Assembly: GCA_965204465.1 (NCBI GenBank)
Contig: OZ241995.1
Span: forward strand, 468,144-532,143
DNA from: Leptospiria bacterium
Lineage (GTDB): Bacteria; Spirochaetota; Leptospiria; Turneriellales; CBDBES01
Direction: 5' to 3'
DNA: 64,000 nucleotides
Both the position numbers and the translations under genes were made by a program. The stretch's first letter is position 1; every line of letters starts with the position of its first letter. Under the pieces are notes generated by a model, which worked only from the letters and a program-made list of their open reading frames with translations, ran no database searches and was not told where the DNA came from. Shown in pieces: positions 19,482-29,443 of the stretch.

Positions 19482-20540
19482 ATGAGCTTAAAGAAAAAAA
19501 TAGTTATTATTCTTTTACTGATGATCCCGCTTGGATGTGCCTCCATGGGTTATGATGCAAGAGGAGATAGATTAAGCAGGATGCAGGCATCTAAGAATTT
19601 CAAGAATGGTATCTTTGTGAATGAAATTGATACCCCCATGCTTACCGTAAGCGAATTCAAAGTTTTCATGAAGTTTTTTTTCGGAGGATCTGCTAGACGC
19701 GAGCCAGAAAATTCAATTCCCATTGTAAAAATGAACAAAGATAGTTTCTCCCAAAAACCAAAGAAAGGGTTGAGATTAACATGGCTGGGACATTCTACTC
19801 TATTGTTAGAAATGGGAGAACAGATCATTTTGATTGACCCTGTTTTTAGCAAAAGAACATCTCCTGTAGGATGGATTGGGCCGAAACGATTTCATGAGGT
19901 CCCTATATCTATTCAAGAACTACCTCAAATTGATATAGTGCTTCTTTCTCATGATCATTACGATCATTTAGACATTGACAGCATTCTAAAGCTCAAAGAT
20001 AAAACAAATAGCTTTGTCATGCCTTTAGGGATAGGGGCTCATCTGGAAGGCTGGGGAATTGATGCATCTAAGATATATGAGCTAGATTGGTGGGATACTA
20101 TCAATTTTGACAAAATAGAATTTATATGCACCCCCGCAAGGCACTTTTCGGGTAGAGGACTCAATGATGAAAATAAGACTCTATGGGCTTCTTGGGTGAT
20201 CCGATCTGAAGGAAACAAAAGGCGTAATCTATTCTACAGCGGTGATACTGGGCCTATGCCTGCTTTCAAGACAATTGGAGATAAATATGGACCTTTTGAC
20301 CTGACTATGATCCAATTGGGGGCTTATGGAAATTTTTGGCCATATATACATATGACCCCTGAAGAAGCAATAGAGGCTCATAAACAGCTAAAAGGAAAGC
20401 TGATGTTTCCTGTGCATTGGGGTACTTTTGACTTAGCGCTTCATGAGTGGGATGAACCCATCATACGCACTAGAAAAGAAGCTAAAAAACAGAAGATAGA
20501 GTTTATTGAGCCAAAGCCAGGCGAGATGATCGAATTATGA
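19482..20540 (+). CDS. metallo-beta-lactamase-fold hydrolase, NAPE-PLD-like; probable lipoprotein
   Basis: LGCAS lipobox. Long collinear resemblance to NAPE-PLD: GHSTLLLEM..ILIDPVFSKRTSP..GPKRF...ELPQIDIVLLSHDHYDHLD...SGDTG..PAFK.IGDKYGPFDL..IQLGAY...HM.PEEA...H.....MFPVHWGTF.L. Confidence 0.8.
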   Translation: MSLKKKIVIILLLMIPLGCASMGYDARGDRLSRMQASKNFKNGIFVNEIDTPMLTVSEFKVFMKFFFGGSARREPENSIPIVKMNKDSFSQKPKKGLRLTWLGHSTLLLEMGEQIILIDPVFSKRTSPVGWIGPKRFHEVPISIQELPQIDIVLLSHDHYDHLDIDSILKLKDKTNSFVMPLGIGAHLEGWGIDASKIYELDWWDTINFDKIEFICTPARHFSGRGLNDENKTLWASWVIRSEGNKRRNLFYSGDTGPMPAFKTIGDKYGPFDLTMIQLGAYGNFWPYIHMTPEEAIEAHKQLKGKLMFPVHWGTFDLALHEWDEPIIRTRKEAKKQKIEFIEPKPGEMIEL

Positions 20541-20742
20541 ATAGGATCATGAGCCAGAAATTTCTAATGACCTTGCTAATTATATTAAAAGGTCTTGGAC
20601 TGCCAATAAACCAGGGATAGAGTACAATTCTATAATAAGTCTTTCTACTCTTGATAAGTTGCGTTCATTGTATAAAAAGATAAAGAGATTCATCTAGAGA
20701 TATTGATTGACATTTTCAACTCCAATTTATTTTATTCTATAA

Positions 20743-22695
20743 ATGAAATCTAAGCTGAAATATATTTTAACAATTATTTCCATCCTTATGGCAATATTTT
20801 TTATTTTCAGGATTGCATTCTATATCAACTATTCAAAGGATGTTATAGATCTTTCTTTTACCAGGGTATTGGGGTCTTTTTTGATTGGGATGCGATTTGA
20901 CATCGCTACTTGTATGATACTTGTTTTCTTTCCCTTCGTATTTATTTTACTCCCTGTAAAAAACAAGAAATACTATATGTTCATTCACTCACTTCTGTAT
21001 ATTATTATTTTTGTAGGTCTGTTGATTTCAGTAGGAGATATGATCTATTTTGGTAAGGCCAATAAGAGGCTTGGATTTGAAATTTATGTGGTAATGGGAA
21101 ATTTTTATGAAATCGTATTCATTGCCATTCAGAAATATTTGGTATGGTTGATTCTTTTTATTGCTTTCCAACTTTTATTGTTTATATTATGGATCCGTTT
21201 ATTAAAAAAATTTCTACTCAAATGGGAAGGTTCACATAATATTTTGTATCATTATATAGTTCTTATTTTATTTTGTGTTTTTGCGATCATATCTATCAGG
21301 GGTGGATTACAATCCAGACCACTTAAACCGGCAATGGCCTTTCAAGATGATAATATGTTTTTAGGATTTCTGGCATTGAATGGTTTATACAATGCAATCA
21401 CTGCTATTTATAAAAATGAAGGCTATTTCATCGTGAATCAAAATTACAATGAAATTAAAAAAACGAGTAGAAGTTTGATCTATTCCCCGGATGTAAAGTA
21501 TCCTAGCCCAAAATATATTTTCTATAGGAAAATGCATTCAAAACCTAAAACGGTAGAAAAGAAATATAATGTAGTCATCATTGTCATGGAGAGTTGGGGC
21601 TATAAAGATCTTGGAATGAATGGTCATCCTTACAAATCCACTCCTTTCTTTGATTCCCTTGCCAAAGAAGGACTCTTATTCAAACGCCATTATTCTGTAG
21701 CCCAAAGAACGATTCCGCTACTCCATGTGGTCATTAGTTCTATCCCTTCTTTATATGGCATTGTATACAGTCGTTCTTCTTACCAGAGTAATCATCAAAC
21801 AGGCCTGGCCAGTATTTTCAAGAAAAAAAATTACAGAACTATTTTTGTATATAGCGCTAAAAAAGACTCCATGGGATTCTCTTCGTATGCCCCTCTAATA
21901 GGATTCGATACTGTGATCACTAAGAATTCTTTTGATCTTAAAAAAGTTAAACAAGATGGTGTATGGGGAGTCTATGATGAATATGCATTTAAAAGACTAC
22001 ATGATGAAATTTCCAAACATAAAAGTCCATTTTTTGCTATGCTGAAGTCGGTACATCCGCATATACCTTTTTCCATTCCTTCGCATAGAAAAGGTCTCAT
22101 AAAGAATAAGGCAAATGATCATGAATTGGGTTTTTATGATGATATGCGATATACGGATCAATGTTTACAGGAATTTTTTAGCATAGCAAAGAAATCATGG
22201 TATTTCAAAAATACTCTGTTCATTATTTTTGGCGATCACGGTTATAATTATAAAGAAGGAATCGATCGCTTTCATACTCCATTATTATTCTATGCACCTG
22301 GTCTTATAACTCCGGGTGTGTCCGATGTGATTGCTTCTCAATTGGATATTATGCCTACCGTTTTAGACTTATTAAACATAAAAACCTTTCATTTTTCTAT
22401 AGGAAATTCTTTATTCCATAAACAGAAGAGCCCTTCTGATGCATGGGCCATTCTTGATTTTGATAATCTAATGGGTTGGATACAAGGAGACCTTGTTCTA
22501 TTGTCTTCTCCAGATAAAATCATAGGTCTGTTTGATCATAAAAAAGACTCTCAATTAACAAAAAATATGATGGATCAAAAAGAAATGGCAAAGAAAAGTA
22601 TACAAATGCAAAAAAACTGGTTCGATCTCTTATCTGCCATTAGTTATTCCATTCTACAAAATAAGATCACCCCCCCCGTGAAACCTGGAATGTAA
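20743..22695 (+). CDS. LtaS-like / sulfatase (alkaline-phosphatase superfamily) membrane phosphotransferase
   Basis: About 5 N-terminal TM helices followed by a sulfatase-type domain (VVIIVMESWGYKDLG...IIFGDHG). The 3' end contains a C8 run (22670-22677). Confidence 0.75.
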   Translation: MKSKLKYILTIISILMAIFFIFRIAFYINYSKDVIDLSFTRVLGSFLIGMRFDIATCMILVFFPFVFILLPVKNKKYYMFIHSLLYIIIFVGLLISVGDMIYFGKANKRLGFEIYVVMGNFYEIVFIAIQKYLVWLILFIAFQLLLFILWIRLLKKFLLKWEGSHNILYHYIVLILFCVFAIISIRGGLQSRPLKPAMAFQDDNMFLGFLALNGLYNAITAIYKNEGYFIVNQNYNEIKKTSRSLIYSPDVKYPSPKYIFYRKMHSKPKTVEKKYNVVIIVMESWGYKDLGMNGHPYKSTPFFDSLAKEGLLFKRHYSVAQRTIPLLHVVISSIPSLYGIVYSRSSYQSNHQTGLASIFKKKNYRTIFVYSAKKDSMGFSSYAPLIGFDTVITKNSFDLKKVKQDGVWGVYDEYAFKRLHDEISKHKSPFFAMLKSVHPHIPFSIPSHRKGLIKNKANDHELGFYDDMRYTDQCLQEFFSIAKKSWYFKNTLFIIFGDHGYNYKEGIDRFHTPLLFYAPGLITPGVSDVIASQLDIMPTVLDLLNIKTFHFSIGNSLFHKQKSPSDAWAILDFDNLMGWIQGDLVLLSSPDKIIGLFDHKKDSQLTKNMMDQKEMAKKSIQMQKNWFDLLSAISYSILQNKITPPVKPGM

Positions 22696-22718
22696 TACTA
22701 AAAAGAAAAGGTGAATAT

Positions 22719-23810
22719 CTGAAAATTTTACATTTAAATTCTGAAAAAAACTGGAGAGGGGGTGAACAGCAGATCATCTATTTATTAGAAGAACTTACTT
22801 CAAAAAAAATCGAGTCTGTAATCTTATGCAAAAAAGGATCCTCTTTAGCAGAATATTGCCAGGCAAAAGGAATTTATCATTTTGCTCTGCCTTTTTTAAA
22901 TGAATTTGATCTATATACTGCATTTCAGATCAAAAAAATTTCTGTTTTAGAAAAAGTCGATCTGATTCATATACACTCAGCTCATTCTCATTCCATAGCA
23001 CTTTTATCATATATTTTTTTCAGGAATCGTATTCCGCTGGTGCTTAGCCGTAGGGTAGATTATCCAATTCAGAACAACTTTTTTTCAAAGTTTAAATATA
23101 ATCATCCTGCCATTAAAAAAATCATATGTGTTTCGAATGCCATCCAAGAGATCATTCAGCAAAATATAAAATATCCTAAAAGATGTACAGTAGTTCATAG
23201 CGGAATCGACCTGAATAAATTTAATAATAAAAAAAATATCAAAAATGGACTTAAAAAAGAATTTAAGATACCATCTGAAAAAATTTTGATTGCCAACACC
23301 TCTGCCATGACTACTCAAAAAGATTATCCAACATTCATCCATACAGCGTCTAAATTGCTAAAAAAACATTCTAATCTACACTTTTTGATCATAGGAGAAG
23401 GGCCTCAATTAGAATCTCTTCAAAGCCTTGTAAAATCCCTAAAAGTTGAGCAAAACATCATATTCACCGGCTTCCGCAGAGACATAGATGTACTCTTACC
23501 TCAGGTTGATATACTATTATTCACTTCCCAAAAGGAGGGTCTGGGAACTTCTATTTTAGACGCACTTGCATCAGGGGTTCCGGTAGTGGCTACAAGAGTC
23601 GGCGGTATCCCAGAGATCATAGAAAATAAAATTTCTGGTTTACTCGCGGAAGCAGGTAATATAGACCAACTAGCAGAGCATACTTTAAGTTTAATATCCT
23701 CAAAGGTTCTCAGAAAAAAAATCATTAGAGGTGGCAAGCAAAAGGTAAAAAATTTTTCTAAATCCAAGACGGCATCAAGAACTGTGGATCATTATTTTTC
23801 TGTTTTATGA
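22719..23810 (+). CDS. family-4 (GT-B) glycosyltransferase; no canonical start codon available
   Basis: The frame is open from 22665. (L)KILHLNSEKNWRGGEQQIIYLLEEL is a typical GT4 N-terminus, and EGLGTSILDALASGVPVVATRVGGIPEII is the C-terminal E-x7-E region. No ATG/GTG/TTG lies in frame before 23040. CTG 22719 sits 6 nt after AAAGGTGA. Confidence 0.7.
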   Translation: MKILHLNSEKNWRGGEQQIIYLLEELTSKKIESVILCKKGSSLAEYCQAKGIYHFALPFLNEFDLYTAFQIKKISVLEKVDLIHIHSAHSHSIALLSYIFFRNRIPLVLSRRVDYPIQNNFFSKFKYNHPAIKKIICVSNAIQEIIQQNIKYPKRCTVVHSGIDLNKFNNKKNIKNGLKKEFKIPSEKILIANTSAMTTQKDYPTFIHTASKLLKKHSNLHFLIIGEGPQLESLQSLVKSLKVEQNIIFTGFRRDIDVLLPQVDILLFTSQKEGLGTSILDALASGVPVVATRVGGIPEIIENKISGLLAEAGNIDQLAEHTLSLISSKVLRKKIIRGGKQKVKNFSKSKTASRTVDHYFSVL

Positions 23811-23884
23811 TCATTTAATATAGTGGAACACCCACTATGTCAAACAGTTTGCTTAATTTTTTTCATCGGCTTTGCCAATACAAG

Positions 23885-23941
23885 TGAGCCTGTGCCTCAA
23901 CTTAAAAATATTTACATTATTTGAGTTGAGGCACAGGCTCA
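23885..23941. repeat. long perfect hairpin (18-bp stem, 21-nt loop) abutting dispersed repeat copy c
   Basis: TGAGCCTGTGCCTCAACT (23885-23902) pairs with AGTTGAGGCACAGGCTCA (23924-23941). Confidence 0.85.
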
Positions 23942-23942
23942 T

Positions 23943-23981
23943 ATGTGTACAAAGTACAGCCTAACGGCATTGGTTTCTACA
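23943..23981 (+). repeat. dispersed intergenic repeat, copy c
   Basis: ATGTGTACAAAGTACAGCCTAACGGCATTGGTTTCTACA. Confidence 0.85.
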
Positions 23982-24086
23982 AAAAAATCCAGATATAAAT
24001 TATTTAGTGAATATCTTTAAAAATAAATATCCAGAAAGCAAATATTTAGCACTCATTTTAAAATGGTACAATTCTACCTAAAATCC

Positions 24087-25358
24087 TTACGGATCTGTAT
24101 GATCTTTTTGGATATTTCGTTCAAAACTTCTAAGAATTTTGCGGGTCAAAAATTCGGCATTGCCTTCCATGCAATCATCAGGAACATTTTGGCCTATACT
24201 GAAAAAAGAAAAGGGCTTGTGCCATTTATTTGCAATTTCTACCAAATGACCATAGCGATTGGTTTCATCAATTTTAGAAATAATAATACGCTCAAATTTC
24301 AGTAGGTCGTAAGAAGCCACGATTTCATATGTATCCTCTGGTTTAGAAGTAGCCGAAATAACCAGATGTTTTTCTACTTCATGTTCCAGCTCATCAAAAA
24401 AATTCTTTTGGCGATCTAAAAATTTTTGATTCTTATGACTCAGTCCAGCCGTATCGATCAGAATGAAATCAGAATTATCTTCAGCAAAAATATTTTTCAA
24501 TTTTTTGGTCTCTTTACAAACATGAACGGGTACATCTAAAATATTGGCGTATACTTTTAATTGTTCTGTAGCGGCGATCCTGTAATTATCTAAGGTGACG
24601 AGAGAAATACTATGGCTTTTTTCTAGTTTTAAACGCGCTGCCAATTTAGCAATTGTTGTGGTCTTACCCACTCCAGTTGAACCAATTAAAACAATGATCC
24701 TCTTTTTTCCCAGATGAGGCGATGTTCTGATATGAGTTTTCATTAATTCAGCTGATTTTGCATAAATATTTTTAGGATGATTCCATTCATTCTGAGGTAT
24801 GTTTTCTTTTAGATTCTTTATAAATTGATCAGACCATTCGTTTGTAAAATCTTGTTTTAAAAGATATTTTTTTAGTTTTTGGAAAATATTTTCCGTAGAA
24901 CTTTTCGATGGATATGATAAATTGGATATATTCTCCTTGATGAATTGAATATCCTCTTTTATTTTCGCTATTTCATCTTGAGAAGCAGAATTTGATAAAT
25001 TACTATTCTGGTAATTTATTTTTTGCTTTACTTCTTTTAAAAATTTCTCATTCTCTTTTGGTACGGGATTTGAAGAAACACTCATTACATTTGGCGGTTT
25101 TGAAAATGCATTTGCATTGGGTTCATTTTTGGAAGAAATAATATTTTTTAGCAATAAATTATTTTTCGTAGAATTAGAAGATTTTTTTTCTTTTATGGCC
25201 GCCTCGATTAAAAAATATTTTTTGTTTGTAATCCAAGAGAACATAGACTTAGCAGGAATTGTTTTTTCTCCAAAAATAATGGCATCTTCTCCATATGAAT
25301 CACGTAATTTTTTAAGCGCCTCTGCATGAGTATTTCCTGTCACTTTAACATATTGCAT
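24087..25358 (-). CDS. flhF: flagellar biosynthesis GTPase FlhF (SRP-type)
   Basis: N-terminus MQYVKVTGNTHAEALKKLRDSYGEDAIIF; GTPase motifs LIGSTGVGKTTTIAKLAA and LIDTAGLS. Follows flhA. Confidence 0.9.
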   Translation of the reverse strand: MQYVKVTGNTHAEALKKLRDSYGEDAIIFGEKTIPAKSMFSWITNKKYFLIEAAIKEKKSSNSTKNNLLLKNIISSKNEPNANAFSKPPNVMSVSSNPVPKENEKFLKEVKQKINYQNSNLSNSASQDEIAKIKEDIQFIKENISNLSYPSKSSTENIFQKLKKYLLKQDFTNEWSDQFIKNLKENIPQNEWNHPKNIYAKSAELMKTHIRTSPHLGKKRIIVLIGSTGVGKTTTIAKLAARLKLEKSHSISLVTLDNYRIAATEQLKVYANILDVPVHVCKETKKLKNIFAEDNSDFILIDTAGLSHKNQKFLDRQKNFFDELEHEVEKHLVISATSKPEDTYEIVASYDLLKFERIIISKIDETNRYGHLVEIANKWHKPFSFFSIGQNVPDDCMEGNAEFLTRKILRSFERNIQKDHTDP

Positions 25359-27427
25359 TATGTATTCACCTCTTCTTGTTGTTTTAAAATAACCTGCCCC
25401 ATCGGTTCTACTTTAATATTTGCGGGTAACTCTTCATACCCTAATACCATAAAAGAATGAGGGGAGACTTCTCTCTCCAGAATCATAAAGATACCCATTC
25501 TGATTTCACTGGAACTAAGATAAATAGGCAACTGAGATCTTGTTTGCGCTTGTCTATAAGACTCTAAAAGCGCATCCCTGATCATAGATTGCACTTTTGG
25601 ATCAAGACTAAAAATACGTCCTTCCTTCTCATCCACATAAACAGAAGACCTCATTTCATTTTCAATCAGAGGATCTATCGAAATGACATTCAGTACATTG
25701 TTTTCTAAATGTTGATTTACAATTTGCATCCCAATACGTTGTCTTACGATCTCTGTAAGTAAATTAGGATCTTTTATCCTTTCGCAATTATCCGCCAAGG
25801 CTTCCAGGATAGTGACTAGATTTCGAATGGATACGCTTTCTTTTAACAGATTATGCAATACCTGCTGTATTGCCCCACTGGTCATTCCCTTAGTGACTTC
25901 TTCTACTACCACTGGATATTTTTCCTTCGTTTTGTCTAAAAGCATTTTTATCTCTTCTCTTCCCATGATCTGGGTGGAGTAGCGTCTGAGAATTTCACTT
26001 ATATGAGTTATGAGTATGTTATTTGCATCCACGATCAAATATCCCCTTTTTTGGGCCTCTTCTTTTTGGGTGGGGGGGATCAATACCGCCGGTACATTAA
26101 AAGTAGGATCCTTATAAGCATCTCCTTGCATGGGTTCAGAGATATTTCCCTTATCTAATGCGGCTAATTTATCTGGATATACCTTTGCCCTGGCCACTTC
26201 AATACCACCTACCAGAATACAATATTCGTTACTCTCTAAGTTCATATTATCATTGATCCTTATAGGAGGAACGATCATTCCCATATCACGAGCAAATTTT
26301 TGCCTCAGCAGAGTGATCTTTTCTAATAAAATACCTTTTTGATTTACATCCACCAATGGGATTAGATTATATCCAATTTCAAGTTTTAAAGGATCTATGG
26401 ATATTTCATCCAAAAACCTTTCTTGCATTAATGGGGCTTTTTTATGACTCTCTTCTTCTGCTTTTGTTGCTTCTTTTCCCTGGCTTTTATTGATGCTATA
26501 CGCCAGAAAACCCAATAGAAACGCTACAGACCATAAAGGTACTTTAGGAAATCCTGGTATCACAGAAGAAGCAGCTAAGGTAGCCGCCACAATCCATAAT
26601 ATCCTGGGATTCTTAAATAATTGTTCCGAAAGATCATCCGCTATATGAGTATTGGCATTGGCTCTAGTGACTACCATTCCCGTAGCTGTTGTGATCAAAA
26701 GAGAAGGGAGCTGCGCAGTTAAACCATCCCCTACTGTTAAAAGAGTATAGGTGCTTAGAGCATCTGAAAAAGTTTGGTTATGCATGAAGACACCAATGGA
26801 AAGGCCACCTATGATATTCACTGCCGTTATGATCAACCCAACCCTAACATCTCCTTGCACAAATTTAGTAGCACCATCCATCTGCCCATAAAAATCCACC
26901 TCTTTTCTTAGTTCTGTGCGCTTTGATCTGGCTTCTTCTTCTGCAATGATCCCAGAGGAAAGATCAGAATCAATGGACATTTGTTTCCCAGGCAATGCAT
27001 CTAAGGTAAACCGCGCCGCTACCTCACTGATACGGGTAGCACCTTTAGTGATGACTAGCATTTGCACAAAGATCAATATTAGGAAGATAATAAAGCCGAT
27101 TATATAATTACCCCCTACTACAAAATCTCCAAAAGAACGTATTAGTTTTCCATCAAAGGAAGGTCCTTCTAATAGGATCAATCTGGTAGAGCTTACATTC
27201 AAAGCCAATCTATATACAGTTGTAATAAGCAACAGGGAAGGGAATATAGAGAAGTTACTTCCATTGGTATTATACATTGCGGTCAACAATGTGATCAGAC
27301 CAAGCATTATACTGATTCCTATTAATAAATCTAAAAGAAAGGTAGGTATGGGAACCACTAACATGGCCACCACCATAACCACCGCCAGACCAAGCATTAC
27401 ATCTGTTTGTTGATACCACTTTTCCAT
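25358..27427 (-). CDS. flhA: flagellar export apparatus protein FlhA
   Basis: 689 aa. Conserved TM region, FHIPEP-type block (RISEVAARFTLDALPGKQMSIDSDL) and cytoplasmic domain. Confidence 0.95.
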   Translation of the reverse strand: MEKWYQQTDVMLGLAVVMVVAMLVVPIPTFLLDLLIGISIMLGLITLLTAMYNTNGSNFSIFPSLLLITTVYRLALNVSSTRLILLEGPSFDGKLIRSFGDFVVGGNYIIGFIIFLILIFVQMLVITKGATRISEVAARFTLDALPGKQMSIDSDLSSGIIAEEEARSKRTELRKEVDFYGQMDGATKFVQGDVRVGLIITAVNIIGGLSIGVFMHNQTFSDALSTYTLLTVGDGLTAQLPSLLITTATGMVVTRANANTHIADDLSEQLFKNPRILWIVAATLAASSVIPGFPKVPLWSVAFLLGFLAYSINKSQGKEATKAEEESHKKAPLMQERFLDEISIDPLKLEIGYNLIPLVDVNQKGILLEKITLLRQKFARDMGMIVPPIRINDNMNLESNEYCILVGGIEVARAKVYPDKLAALDKGNISEPMQGDAYKDPTFNVPAVLIPPTQKEEAQKRGYLIVDANNILITHISEILRRYSTQIMGREEIKMLLDKTKEKYPVVVEEVTKGMTSGAIQQVLHNLLKESVSIRNLVTILEALADNCERIKDPNLLTEIVRQRIGMQIVNQHLENNVLNVISIDPLIENEMRSSVYVDEKEGRIFSLDPKVQSMIRDALLESYRQAQTRSQLPIYLSSSEIRMGIFMILEREVSPHSFMVLGYEELPANIKVEPMGQVILKQQEEVNT

Positions 27428-27428
27428 A

Positions 27429-28541
27429 TTAAGACGCCTGATGGACTAACCTGCTTCTTATATTTTCCAAATTTACAAAAATATCCACTAATATTCTATA
27501 AAATTGATCTGGAACGATCTGTCCCTCTTGTACATTATAATAGAGTTCTCTTGCCAGGGGTTTATTTTCGATGATATGAATTTCTTCTTTTTTAGCAATG
27601 TTTCTGATGATAAAGGCAAGATGATCTTCTCCCTTGGCCAATACTCTGGGAGCATTTTCTTTATCCGGGTCATATCTAAGAGCTACAGCAAAATGAGTAG
27701 GGTTTGTTATTACCACATCGGCTTGTTTTACTTGAGTTAGCATCCCCCTGCGGGACATCTCATATATTTTCTGTTTTTGCCTTTGCTTGATCAATGGATC
27801 ACCTTCTGTTTCTTTAGATTCTTCTTTTACTTCTTGTTTGGTCATTTTAATACTTTCCATGAACTCATGCTTTTGGTAAAAGTAATCTGGTACCGAAACA
27901 AGTAATAATATTCCAGTAAGTAATAGCCCTAATTTTAAGGCTATATATCCTATAGATTGAAGAGAAGAAGAAACATCTAAGGAAGCTAATTTTAAAAGAT
28001 AAATAAAATCATTGTATATAATCAAATAACTGATAAATCCAAGTAGAATTACTTTTATGAATGTTTTTACTAAATTGAAACCGACTTGTTTAGAAAATAA
28101 TACCTTTTTCATGATATTCGTAGCCGTAAATTTAATTCTCGAAAAATCAAAGGCAAGCGGTTTTAAACTGAATAAAAAGCCAAATTGGGCAATATTCCCT
28201 ACAATTCCCATAACAAATGCTACTAAAAATATAGGACTCAATATCCAGGAAATCTCTTGGGCCAGATATATAAAAAGTGGGGTAAGATTTACCACATTAA
28301 TTTCAGGTAATTCATGAAAACCGCCTATAAATCTTATCAGCATATTTTGCATGCGGTTTAATAGCCAGCCTGAAAGTAAAAACAAAGTAATAAATGCACC
28401 CAGAGTTACCAGAGATCCTGGAATTTCCTGGCTTTTGGGTACACGACCCTTTTCTCTTTCTTTTCTTCTTTTTCTTTCGGTTGGTGGTTCTGTTCTACCT
28501 TGGTCTTCTGCAGCAGCGAATAGAATCCATCCGGGGAGCAA
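27429..28541 (-). CDS. flhB: flagellar export apparatus protein FlhB
   Basis: AEDQGRTEPPTERKRRKEREKGRVPKSQE is the FlhB N-terminus, and the NPTH autocleavage site is present (VVITNPTHFAVAL). Preferred start is TTG 28541, with GGGGAAGG 4 nt upstream. The track ORF extends to 28688 with a non-FlhB-like 49-aa leader. Confidence 0.85.
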   Translation of the reverse strand: MLPGWILFAAAEDQGRTEPPTERKRRKEREKGRVPKSQEIPGSLVTLGAFITLFLLSGWLLNRMQNMLIRFIGGFHELPEINVVNLTPLFIYLAQEISWILSPIFLVAFVMGIVGNIAQFGFLFSLKPLAFDFSRIKFTATNIMKKVLFSKQVGFNLVKTFIKVILLGFISYLIIYNDFIYLLKLASLDVSSSLQSIGYIALKLGLLLTGILLLVSVPDYFYQKHEFMESIKMTKQEVKEESKETEGDPLIKQRQKQKIYEMSRRGMLTQVKQADVVITNPTHFAVALRYDPDKENAPRVLAKGEDHLAFIIRNIAKKEEIHIIENKPLARELYYNVQEGQIVPDQFYRILVDIFVNLENIRSRLVHQAS

Positions 28542-28859
28542 ATCGCCTTCCCCTGATGGTAAGATTGGCCTTAATCTCAAAAGAGGGTAATGAATATGAT
28601 CCAGCCGTCCATTAAAAAATTTCTTCAAGAAGAATAATCTGAAGTAACATTTTAATAAAATAAGACTTTTCAACATAATATGAGACATAATAAAATTATT
28701 TCATAAATTGACAAGCACAATTTATGATCATAAAATACTTGCTTTTTTACATATTATATTATAACGTTCCTCTGGGATATGTAAGAAAAGCAGCTAAAAG
28801 GCTTGTATACGATGTTAAGCACTCTTGTGTAAAAGAGTTTTGTGAACATCCATTTAGAA

Positions 28860-29426
28860 ATGAAACTTAAAATAATTTTTATTTTCTTGGGAACATGTAG
28901 TGTATCTTTTCATCTAAATGCAGAGGATGTTCTAAAAAAGTTAAAAAATCAAATACCTGGAATGTATACAAGTTTTTCAGGAAATTTTACCAGTATATCC
29001 AGTTCAGGTAAATTAAGCTCAGGTAAAATATACTATCAATATCCGGGTAAATTATATCTTAAAAAGTCAGATGGTTCTATAATTGCTACCAACGGCCATT
29101 ATTTATGGATATTTAAGCCTAAACTTAAATTATGTATCCGACAAGATGTGGATGGTTTAACAGATGGAATATTCGGCATGCTAAAAGAATATTCAGGCAG
29201 TGCCAAAGAAAATGTCTTTGTCTTTGAAAATGAAGAATTAAAAATTCATAGGATCATTGTGAGAGTAGAAAACAAAATGCTCAAGAGTATTAAATTAATG
29301 AAGCAAGATTCGGAAGATACGATCAGTCTATCTGAAATAGTAGTAGGTTCTGGAATCAAGGCAAGTCTTTATAATTATAAGCCTCCGGTCGATGCCCAGT
29401 TGATCATAAATCCAATGAATAATTAA
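28860..29426 (+). CDS. LolA-like periplasmic protein
   Basis: Signal peptide MKLKIIFIFLGTCSVSF. GKIYYQYPGKLYLKKSDGSIIATNGHYLWIFKP resembles the LolA/outer-membrane lipoprotein carrier family. ATG 28860 is preferred over GTG 28842. Confidence 0.55.
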   Translation: MKLKIIFIFLGTCSVSFHLNAEDVLKKLKNQIPGMYTSFSGNFTSISSSGKLSSGKIYYQYPGKLYLKKSDGSIIATNGHYLWIFKPKLKLCIRQDVDGLTDGIFGMLKEYSGSAKENVFVFENEELKIHRIIVRVENKMLKSIKLMKQDSEDTISLSEIVVGSGIKASLYNYKPPVDAQLIINPMNN

Positions 29427-29443
29427 GATCACCAGAAAATAAA

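Noticed and set aside
28542-28688. A 49-codon N-terminal extension of FlhB in the ORF track (MSHIMLKSLILLKCYF...).
   Set aside because: FlhB proteins begin right at the AE(D/E)..(K/R)TE.PT motif. An in-frame TTG with a GGGGAAGG RBS sits exactly there (28541), and the extension has no FlhB-like sequence.
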